DNA of 64,000 nt from Podarcis filfolensis (Eukaryota): NCBI GenBank assembly GCA_964270895.1, contig OZ185439.1; one strand, written 5' to 3'. Under the pieces are notes generated by a model. It made no database searches, was not told where the DNA came from, and saw only the letters and a program-made list of their open reading frames with translations. The position numbers were made by a program, and so were the translations under genes. Below are positions 52,061 through 62,230 of this stretch, in pieces. Each line of letters starts with the position of its first letter. Position 1 is the first letter of the stretch.

Positions 52061-52682
52061 AGAACTGACAATCCTTTTTCACCCCATCAAATTTCCCACT
52101 ATCTAGTCTCAGTGCCAACATGGAAAGGAGGATTGAATCTTTAGCTGGACAGATAGCTGTCCCACAGAGGAAGAGTTTAAAAAAATCATATTTTTTTTAG
52201 CTCTCAGTCTTTTCTGACCCACGCTCAAGGTATCATGAGTTTTGGTGCAGAGGAGGCAGTTTGACATAACGTGGGCTTTATTTTATCAGCATGAAACAAC
52301 TCTCTTGCTGCTTCTCTGTCACAATTGCTGCAGTTACTTTTCCAGGAGGTTATACAGGAATATAAAGTAGGTCATGCTGTGCACTGTGGATTCCGTGCAA
52401 TCCCAAATATGGAAACCTGCCTGTGCAGTCTATAAGTGGGACATTCTAGAAAGTTCTGGAAGATTAGAGGTGCCACCACTCTCTTCTTTACCCAGGTATT
52501 TTGGCGTTCTTTACATGGGCTGAGGGAGTTTAACCAACACCTTTTGGCTCAGTTTCTTTATGACCACATAGTGAGCAGCAGCAGAAAGGGATCTCTCATC
52601 ATTTGGTAGTTCTGTAAGTTGTTGTTCCCATTCTTTTCCCCACCTCCAACTCTGTACGGATAGGGTATTGCTAAACCAAATG

Positions 52683-53304
52683 TGTCATGACTTCTTCCAC
52701 CCCTTCCAAATTCTCTGAATTGGCCCGTCCTTGTCATTGCCTAGTTTGTCAACATTGTGAAGGCATCAGCCTTGTAGCGCTTCTTGAACTCTTCATCAAC
52801 ACTGCCTTTGGAATCTTTAGGCTCAGAAGCCTTTGGCTACTCAGTGCCACTACTGTATTTCATCACCTAAGCAGTTGTGGCTAAGTCTTGTGCCAGTGCC
52901 TGTTGGTACTAAAGGGTTAAGAGGTAACAAGTCGCTCTAATCACTGAGCAGCTGGAAGTCATTAAGCATCCAGGAATGTGAGTTAGTTTGTATAAATAGT
53001 CAGTTCACCCGTGTGTTTTTCCCCCTTGACCTGACTCGCAGACTCAGTTTGTGGCCATTGGCATGTTTGCTGATATGAGTTAAGTTTAGAGTAAAGTTTT
53101 CTTTATGCTGGAGATAAAAGCATGTGTACTTTATCGCCAGGGTTTTGCTTTTGTAAATAAAGTTTTTTCCTGAGTTCCAAAGTCCTTGCTCCAGGATTCT
53201 TCATTGAAAGGTACTGACTCTCCTGCCTTCTTCAACCGCTGCACGAAATTCTCTGCTGAGATAAGATTTATGGTGTTGGAAGCGCACTGGACGTTTACTT
53301 AACA
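52683..53304 (+). mobile_element. Possible solo LTR
   Basis: Starts tgtcatga, TATA-like gtataaata near 52990, AATAAA near 53156, ends ttaaca; no TSD found. Confidence 0.35.
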
Positions 53305-53367
53305 TTAAACTAATTAAAGTTTAATGGACAGTGCCCCCTTTGTATTAGCATGTTAAGAAGCTTTATA

Positions 53368-53579
53368 CAGTGCTACCTCTAGTTACGGACTCGATCTGTT
53401 CCAGGGTGCTGTTTGCACCCCGAAAAGTCCGCAGCTAGAGTGCCACTTCTGTGCATGCATGAGAAGCACAGAGCGCTTCTGCTCATGCGCGCACGGTGAA
53501 ACCTGGAAGTATACACAGGTTTGCCGCGTTCGTATCCTAAAAAAATGCAACCGGAGACTGATGTAATGAGGTACGACTG
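53368..53579 (+). mobile_element. Tc1/mariner MITE related to the 38296-38541 element, more decayed
   Basis: TA flanks; CAGTGCTACCTC / GAGGTACGACTG termini; shared gaaacc(c/t)ggaagta and gcgcatg-derived interior. Confidence 0.8.
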
Positions 53580-54629
53580 TACAGGATCTCCTTCTAATAC
53601 TCCTACTTGTTGCATCATCATTTTCTCAACCCTTTGACAGTGGCCAAACACTATAAACAGTTCAACATTACCTACAGCAGTGGAAGTTTTAAACCTAACC
53701 TAATGGGCTGAAGAAGTTACTCTTAGCTATCGTTTAAAATGGTTGAGAAGGAGAGAAGTGAGAAACATCCTTTTTCCTCCCCTCTGAGGTCAGAAGACAG
53801 AAGCGACGGACCAGACACGTGTTTCATTCCAGAAATCGTTTTTCCTCTGTACTTCACAAAAGGAAAAGAAGGCAAAGAGCCGCGATCTCCTCCTTCCTCC
53901 TGGCCCCTTGCTGTTCACTGAGGAAGAGGTGTGAATTCTCATTGCATTTTTCATCTATCAAGTTGGGAGTGGGGGCAGGGGAACAGGCATGATGCCAGCA
54001 CACTTCCTCCCCATCCACCAGCATTGGGGGTTGCCTCTAGCACTTCAGCCATGAAGAGGCAAAAGCAATCATAGACTCCCTACATGTTGAAGCCAGTCTT
54101 CCAAAGATAGTTGTGGAGTCTTTGAAAGCACCAAGCTATGCTGATGTCTGTCCAGCACGACTTCAGAGGTGCCATTCACAGTGACAACACCTGTAATTCT
54201 CAACTGTCTGGGCACTTAGAGTGAGTTAACATGAACATTGTTGTGAGCACTTGATTCTTCTAAGCCTGTCCCTTTCCCACCTGGACTGTCTGACTAGTGC
54301 TGCTCTGCTGTTGAAGTAAGTTAATAAAATTGTTGACTGGATTGATTCTGAATTACACTCTGTATTACTAAAAGAAATTAAATGCTAGATGAAGACATCA
54401 CTGCTCGGATGTCCTAGGATTCAAGACTTTGTTAGGCTAAAATACTGGGTTTTGTATAGAAACAATAATTTAGAAGAGGAAGTCTCCTTCTGCATGTCAA
54501 CTTCCCAAATCATATATTCACAGCAACATTAATACTTGTGTCAGACTTTCAAAATAAGTAACGATATACACAGCTTTTCCTTTATGGGCATTATCTCTGT
54601 GTAGGCAAAATCACCAGAGGGTGGTATTT

Positions 54630-55090
54630 TGGCTACTACATGCAGTCAATGCAAGGATTTCTGCTTGCACACTAGGACTTCCTCCCCTCTCTTCCCCCTT
54701 GTTCCTGTTCTGTGCCCTCCCCTAAACTACTCTGGAGGGCTGTAGGGGGCATGCAGGCAGGGCTGTAGCTAGGGGGTGGTGAGGTGGGCCCCTGCCAGGG
54801 GCGCACAAAATCAGCTTAAAAATATGTTCATAAATATAAATATTGAGTATTGCCTCATAAGAAATGGTTTTAAATAGAGGGTAAATTGAATGGGTGGAGG
54901 GAGGGGGGTTGTAGGACATGGCTAGGGGGTGCAATCTGGACGGTTCTGCCAGGGGCGCAAGATCACCTAGCTAAGGCTCTGCATGCAGGGGGAGAAGAGG
55001 GAGAGAATGTTCTATTGGTCAAGCAGAAATCTTTGTGCTGATGGAGTTTTCACTTTAGCACTATGTTGAATACAACCTAGACATGATTCT
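54630..55090. mobile_element. Old palindromic MITE-like host element split by a hAT insertion
   Basis: Inverted aaggatttctgcttg (54653-54667) / caagcagaaatcttt (55020-55034), and C-rich / G-rich arms; outer boundaries approximate. Confidence 0.5.
54758..54981 (+). mobile_element. hAT MITE with exact 8-bp TSD
   Basis: CATGCAGG at 54750-54757 and 54982-54989; TIRs CAGGGCTGTAGCTAGG / CCTAGCTAAGGCTCTG. Confidence 0.9.
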
Positions 55091-56001
55091 GCTGAGAAGG
55101 GATAATGGGGCAAGTCCATTAGGAGCGGGGAACCAAGCAATACGAAAATAAAGACAAGAAAATAATAGAGAGAACTATTTGACTTGGGGCAAATGAGTGA
55201 TTTTAAAACAGGAAAAAGCAGCTAACATATTAATCCCTGCTGTGCAGCCTCTGTGTTCTTTTTGCAAATGATTTCTGAATGTCATCTAATCCTTCTAAAA
55301 CTTAGGAAATACAGGCTTGTCTCTGTACGCAATGCTATGTAATCAGAGGAAATTAACCAGATGACGTGAAGGGAGCTAACTAAATTGATAAATCATTGAC
55401 GGTAAGGAGTTGTGTATGTACTGCATCTAATTGCATTTTGTAAATTAATGCCCAACATGTTCCTGAAGGGTTGGTGTGCTGAACATATATGCAGAAATAT
55501 GCTAAAATACCCCAGTGAGGCTTTGAAATCTGCCTGTTCATAGATCATTGTGCACATCACCTTCAATTGCTCTGGACAGCTTCTAACAGGGACTTTTTGC
55601 AGCCCTTGAATTTATGCAGTGGAAATTCACAATGGAAATTGAACAAGCCTCAGAGTCATGGAATAAATCAAATCTCATTTCTCCGTGTGTGGAGGGCGGG
55701 CTTTTTGTCCTGTCCCTTTGCCTTTCCAGCAACTTTTAAATTGTACTGTTTTCACACCACCAGGTCAGATCCACCTTTCCTTTTAATGATCAGTTCTTAG
55801 TGCTTGGCCACTTCCCTGAACCTTTTTTATTTTTTATTAAATCTGAGCTAATGGCTTCTCAGATGCCTGGTGCCTTGCTATAGCTCTGTAACTTTAATTC
55901 TTGCATGAGAATTGTTAGGCAGAAAGAATGATGGCCCTCTCAGGAATATAGGAAACTGCTTTATATTGAATCAGGCCATTGAGCTCATGTATTCTCTGCA
56001 C

Positions 56002-56116
56002 CAATGATGGAAACCTGTGGCCCTCAAGATTTTGCAGGGCTACAGTTCCAGTCATCCCTGAGCCATGCTCGCTGGGGCTGATGGGATTTAGAGGGCCAGA
56101 GGTTTCCCAACCCATG
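56002..56116. mobile_element. Short hAT-type MITE
   Basis: gatggaaacctgtggccctc...gagggccagaggtttcccaaccc inverted ends; tctgcac / tctgtac flanks; degenerate relatives near 26850-26910, 29750-29865, 56393-56468, 63290-63345. Confidence 0.7.
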
Positions 56117-56139
56117 TCTGTACCAACTGGTAATAGTTC

Positions 56140-56240
56140 TCCAGGAAAGGGAGTCTTTCCCACCTCTTTCTGGAGGCACCAGGAATTGAACCTGGAAGAC
56201 CGGGTTCTGCATACTAAGGAGACACTGTACTACTGAGCCT
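56140..56240 (-). mobile_element. tRNA-derived SINE head fragment (Squam3-like)
   Basis: ggaattgaacctgg (reverse B-box) and tactactgagcc (reverse A-box); no cloverleaf. Confidence 0.55.
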
Positions 56241-57170
56241 TGAGCATTCTTTAGGCTCACATGTAACACATTTGGTTGGCAGTACAGGCCAGAATTCCTA
56301 AATGTTTTCTATGAAATGCTTCTTTCACTGATAAGAAAATCTTAAATGATTTAAATGCGCCGCTTCTTTTCTTTTCTTTTTTCATTTAGGCCAGGGGTGG
56401 TGGGCAACCTCTGGCCTTCCATATGTTGGTCTGCAGCTTCCATCAACTCCAGCCAGAGGTTCCCCATGGATGTACATACAGGATGTAAATAAGGTTACTC
56501 AGGGCTGTAAATACTGTAACATTGGGCTGCAGTCTAGAGAACTGCACAATTCTTCTCTCTGTCTATTTTTAAGGCAGATATTTGGACACCAAGGCTGGCA
56601 CTATAAAAGAGGATTGCCCTCATTTTTATTGTATACTTGGAATCCTATTGATTCTCTGCCTCTTTGTAAAGAGGAGGGCAGAGTTTTCTTTATACCCATG
56701 AGAGACTGATGTAACCACTTTCCAAAATCTTAAACAGAATGACTGTTTAAGATCCACCCAGCATTTCTTTAGTAGCCCCTACAGAGTCCACACCCAAGCC
56801 TTAGCAGATATGGTTTGGCATGTTGGATTTGTGCACTACTTGGTGGGGGATATTGAAGAAGTGGATTTTGGGGTATTAGCTGTAAATTCTTAGTCTAATA
56901 GTTATGCATAGTACTATTCTCTCCTGCCTTAACCATTGCTTGAGAACTTTTTTTGTTGGGGGGGCAGTGCTTTTTACACCCTTGAAAAACCTGACTGGCA
57001 CTTTCCCCCCTTATCTTCTGAGTTGTACTTAATAAAGGTTGCAATGATAAGACTAGCATGTAAGTTTGCTCATGGCCATGAAGGGTTATCTTTTCCAAAG
57101 CCTACCTCACTATCAGGGCTTACAGTTCTACTCATTCCCTCATCCTTGATGGGGAGCCATGTGCCTAGAT

Positions 57171-57453
57171 CAGAGGTTTTCAACCTTTTTGAGTTATGTC
57201 ACCCCTTGCCTGCAGAGCTGGCACCCTCTCACTCTTTCTCGAACACGCTCACTTGTGGAGTGTTCACTCAGCCTCCTCTCCCCTCTCATTGGGAGTCCTC
57301 TGAGCTGCCCCTCCCCCACCCTCTAAGAGATGTGCTTCCTCACATTGCCCCACAGATATCTGGGACCTGTCTGTCCATTCCCAACAGTGGGTCTGCAGCT
57401 CCCAAGTCTCTAAAAGCTTTTTGATTGCACTGTAGGGACAAAGGTTAATACTG
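57171..57453 (+). mobile_element. hAT (Charlie-like) non-autonomous element, degraded
   Basis: Left end CAGAGGTTTTCAACCTTTTTGAG after gcctagat; right end aaaggttaatactg degenerate; TSD not convincing. Confidence 0.5.
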
Positions 57454-59000
57454 GCTCTTAGTTTTGTAAAGGTAATTTCATCCAGAAGAAATCTATCAGG
57501 CTTGTATGTGTGTGCCCAGCACAGAAAAGTCAGCTGCCTTGCCTGGACCTGCAGCAGCCTCTAGGGTGGAGTTTGGCAGATGTTTTGCATTGGCAGTGGT
57601 ATCATGAAGGGTACAGCAACGAATTGCTCCCCTGATTAAATCTGCAGGGTGCACTTTAGGGAATTGGGATTGAATTACCGGAGCTGGAACTTGTTCAAAA
57701 GCCTGAGGACCATCCCTGCTGTGATTAACAACAAAAACAAACCAACTGTTGGTTCTCTTCTGCTTCAGACATTAACTCCCTGGGTTGTACAGGTGCCCCT
57801 ATTCCGCCCCCCCCCCAGTGCACTGCATAAAAACGGGGAGTGGTAACTATTATGGATTCTGTAGGCAAGATTATCTGCATTTTGCTGTGGAAGTGGGGGA
57901 GATAAATTCAGTTAAATAAAAAGGAAAAGTGTATTGACCTTTTGATTAAACAAAGCATCTCAATATATAACATAGACCCTTTTCAGTTTTGCTCTATGGA
58001 AGCTTACAATTTTTTAAGCAACGGGAGTAGGTTCAGTTGGAGGTGATATCCTCTGGTGTGAGAGCTATCTCACCCTTCCCTGCACCTGCGTCAGTGATCC
58101 TTCCTTCTGATCACCATTGCCTGTTTGAGCTTTGCCTTCCCACTTCCTAACTGCAGTTTGCATCTCTTGAAGATGCCCCGTGATGTTATTGTGCTCCCTT
58201 TTTGTCAGTTGTAGTCCTAAGAAGCAATTTATCTTGGTGCCCAGCCTCAGTGACCTGGTACACAAATCATGGTAGTAGTACTCGTGATCCAGAACTAAGC
58301 TTACTATGGGTTATAACACTAATTTTGCCGTAGCAGCTGTCGAAGAAAGGACTGGTACTGCTTTGGAATGATAGGGAATAAAGAAACAATAGTGTTTGTT
58401 TAAAAGAACAATAATTTTTGAGAGGGGGGGGCGGTTTGAGAGAAGTGCTAATGTGCCTGGATTGAATAAGCAAAAGGAGTGCAAGCAGCATAAATGGTAT
58501 TTTCCCTAGTGAATTGTAGCCACGTGATTCTCATTGACTTGAATGGGTGTCGTGCTGCTAAAACACTTTTAAATTCAGCCCATTTAATGGCCAGGCTGGG
58601 AGCCAGCGGGAAATTACTGCCATTGCTAATACATGCTTGCATCTTTGCAAAATCTGAGAGTAAACCTAGGTGGAGGAACTGTGGGTTTTTTGTACTCTCC
58701 TCTCCACCTCCAACCACATCATTTTTCCTCTTCACTGAAACTCTGCCCATGTCAGACTGTGGTCCCTGCCCCCTCTACAGTCTTGAACAGTGCACAGCAC
58801 AAGGTCTGTTCTAGTTGGTAACTTTGAACTAGTGCTTGACCATTTTGCTGTGTCCTCATGAGGATCTGGGCTGTGTGGAGAAGTGATTTGCTAGCCTCTT
58901 GGAGTATTGCAACAATAATGTCGTCTACTGTGCAGTAAAGCAAATGAAAGATGATCTTCTCCCCAGATTTCCAGCTGTGTTGGCCTTGGGGTCCTGGCTG

Positions 59001-59472
59001 TGTCATGACTCTAGAGTCTAGCAGCAAACCAGACTCTGAGGCTGCAGAGGCTGCAGCTAAGGAGCTGAACCAGATTTAGGGCTCTGAGCCTGCTGTTGGA
59101 GATTGGAAGACCAGTGAGGCTGACTAACGGGAGCACCCAGAACAATCTCTCACACCACCAGGATCTATAGGACCAGAGCCAAGACCCTAATGGGAGCCTT
59201 CCCCCTGAGCCTGAGGAACAAAATGCCTCTCACAATAGCAGCACAGGGAGGAACATAGGCAGGAGGCTATGGGACAGAGGAAGAGTGCCTGTCTTCCAGG
59301 CAGAGGATTGACCCTTTAAAATCTAAAGTTATCCACAAAGGCAAGGAGCCTGGGAAAGGCAGTCTGGGTAGCAGAGACTAAAGAAGACTCAGTCTGCTCT
59401 CAACCTTTGTTGAATGAGTAAGTTGCTTGCTCAGAGCTATCCATGGTTCTGCAGCTCCTGCCTTGCCTTACA
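59001..59472 (+). mobile_element. Solo-LTR-like element
   Basis: TGTCA...TTACA termini, flanks gctg / tctg (3 of 4 match), TTTAAAA box at 59315-59321; alternative right end near 59553. Confidence 0.55.
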
Positions 59473-60249
59473 TCTGACTGGAAGAGGACATATGCATCCC
59501 TTTTTGGAGGCTAACGAGCCTGAGTCCTAATCTCTGTATCCAAAATCCCTACAATATGGTGTTGGTCACATTTATGATTTGGTTAGGAACATTCCCATGA
59601 AAGAAAATGTAAAATAGAAAGTGTCAACAAGATTCTGGTGTTCTAATAAGTTATTAGCTCTTCATTCGAAGATGAGAGTGCCTATTCCACCCCACCCATT
59701 TCTATTAATGCTATGTATCCTTTGGTTGCAAGATCCAGTTTGTTAAAAAAATGTAAGAAATACTGCCCGAAAACTCCTAACGTGTTGTTCCTCTCCACTA
59801 GAGGAACAAATAGGACAGTTTTGCTCTAATTCTGTCTCTGATAATTCTCCCAAGGTGTTATTCTTTTCCATCAGAGAGGAGGGATCAGGAAGAAAAGGAC
59901 AATATTGTTCTAATTCTGTCAAAGCCATTTACTTGCCATTTAGGGGTATATTCTTGTTAGCCTCAGAATTTCATGTAATAGAACGCTATCCAAATTCACT
60001 TATCATGGGAGTGTTGCTCCTCTCTCTGGTGAGTATGAGCCCCAATTCCCTCTCTAGCTCTGAGCTTGGGAGAAGGGCAGAGGTTTCCCTCTGCTATCAA
60101 GTTATTCTTTGGAGGCACTTGCAGCACAACCCAAAGTTCAGGATCATGTCAGACAAGCTCTTGCCCCTGCTTCAGTGAGGAGTAGAGTTGATGGTGAGCA
60201 GCTGTGTACCACCTTCATTTGAAAGAAACTGGAAATGGACATGAAATCT

Positions 60250-60482
60250 TAAGAACATAAGAAGCATTTGTTGGATCAGGCCAATGGCCCATCAAGTCCA
60301 GCATCCAGTCATCACATTGACCAACCAGTTAGCACTTGCCTCTCTTGTGGATTCCAGCAACTGATATTCAGAAGCATACTGCTTCCAACCATGGAGGCAG
60401 AGCAGAGCCATCATGGCTAGTAGCATTGACAGCCTTCTTCTTCATGATAATCCTATTTTAAAGCCATCCATGTTGATGGCCA
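60250..60482 (-). mobile_element. CR1 LINE 3' end
   Basis: aagaacataagaagc...ggatcaggccaatggcccatcaagtccagcatc tail and gagccatcatggctagtagcattga...tttaaagccatcc segment. Confidence 0.82.
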
Positions 60483-61060
60483 ACTGTTCTATGGCACAGT
60501 CATTTAGGGAATCTAGACATTTTACCTTTTGTCATAGGTGGAACACATATGCAGCCATTTCTTTGTGAGGATACTTGAAGCCATCCATTACTACAACAAA
60601 CTTCCCATGATATGCTTTTATCGGTCACCAGAAATTCTTTGTTGCATTGAAAATGCAAACTAGGCACAGGTGGCAGTGCAATTTTGTTTTGAACAATTTT
60701 GAATTTGGCAAATATTTGGTTTATTTTGGAAAGTATGCCCTTGGTTAATGCAAATCATTGACTTTGGCTACTGAGGGATGTTTTTAAAAGCTATGAACAC
60801 TTAATTCATATGTGTTCCTTCCAGCTGAACTAATGAATGTATACAGTAAACAATAGAGAGTAAAAAGAGCCAAATTTGTCTGGGAAGAGAATGTCTTGCC
60901 AGGTTCAGTTGTGTATCCTCTTTAAAGGGCTCCAGCTACTTTACTGTTGCCAGAATGGTACACCCACCCACAGAGAGAAAGAGCCTAAGACCATTTCTAA
61001 CAGCATACTTGCTAGGCATGCCTGAGGGAGGAGCTGGACTCCAGGACAGTAACCTGTCAT

Positions 61061-61175
61061 CCCCAAATACCATGTATAAGAAGATTCTCCTCCTCCTCCT
61101 CCTCCTCCTCCTCCCCAAATACCATGTATAAGAAGATTCTCCTCCTCCTCCTCCTCCTCCTCCTCCTCCTCCTCC
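61061..61175. repeat. Tandem duplication of a 26-bp unique segment plus (CTC)n
   Basis: ccccaaataccatgtataagaagatt at 61061 and 61113, each followed by a CTC tract of different length. Confidence 0.92.
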
Positions 61176-61574
61176 ACCCCCAGTTTGGTCCTACTTCTAC
61201 TCACTTGTAATTTCTGCTAGTTGAGTTTAGTATCCGTAGTACATTATCTGAAGAATGTAGTGAGACTCAACTGATAGCTCCATCTGCTTGAACTAACATA
61301 CGAGAATGACTTGATTCTGTGGTTAGTCGTACGGATAACTGCTGATAGTCTGAAACAGCACTGCTGTAAAAACCTTTCAGTTTGGATCATGAACCGCAGC
61401 CTGCTTAGCCATTCTGTCTATAGCTTAGCATATTTGTCTGTGGAAAAGTGGTCTCCTGCTTCAAATTCCGGCATTGTGTGTTCTATGCCTCTACAATAAA
61501 ACGGAGTAGGGCACTTCACTTGATCAGGTGCTAACTATGTAACTATTGTGGATGCTAGTTTTAGTCCAGGGCTA

Positions 61575-62230
61575 CTGCTTTAAATTTCTATTCCGCCTTT
61601 CCACACAATAGTGTTCAAGATAACAACAACAAATGAGATACAATGCAAAATATAGAACAAGTAAAAAACAGATCAATAAAGCAGTGGCTGTTTAACAAAA
61701 GGCAGGCAGTAGATGAAACAGATCAGTGGAACTGGCCAAAAGCCTGTCTAATTAGAAAGGTGTTCTCTTGTCAAAAGATCGCTAGAGAAATAAGGCTTCC
61801 TAAGAAGGGAGTTCCAGGGCCTGTGCAGCCACTAAAAAGGACCTTTTTCTACCAAATGAATGGTGGCAGGACAGAAAGAGGAGCCTCTTCTATAGATCTT
61901 AAAACCCAGGCATGTTTGTATGGGAGAAAGTGGTCCTTAGGGTCACCTCAACCAAAGCTGTTTAAGGCATTGTTGAGCATCACCAGCAGTTTGAATTGCA
62001 CTTGGAAATAGACTGATGGCCAGTGAAGATGTTATATGAAGAAAGTCACATACTGCCTATAACCAGCCCCAGTTAGCATCTCGGCTGCAGCATTCTGAAC
62101 CACCTGAAGTTTCCAAGCACTCTACATAGGCAACCCTCCACAGAGTGAAAATACAGTAGTCCAGATGAATGAAATGTAACCAAGACATGTGCCATATGGC
62201 CAGATCTGAAATTTCTAGGAATGGACACTG
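61575..62230 (-). mobile_element. L2 LINE ORF2 C-terminus and 3' end
   Basis: Minus strand PFLE..DLA, LDYC and KLQVVQNAAA motifs, followed by L2 3' segments and tail tttaaatttctattccgcc. Confidence 0.82.

Noticed and set aside
56140-56240. Possible tRNA gene
   Set aside because: Only degenerate A/B boxes, no cloverleaf; SINE head.
60936-61204. Poly-Glu, poly-Arg and poly-Gly ORFs
   Set aside because: Translations of the (CTC)n microsatellite duplication.
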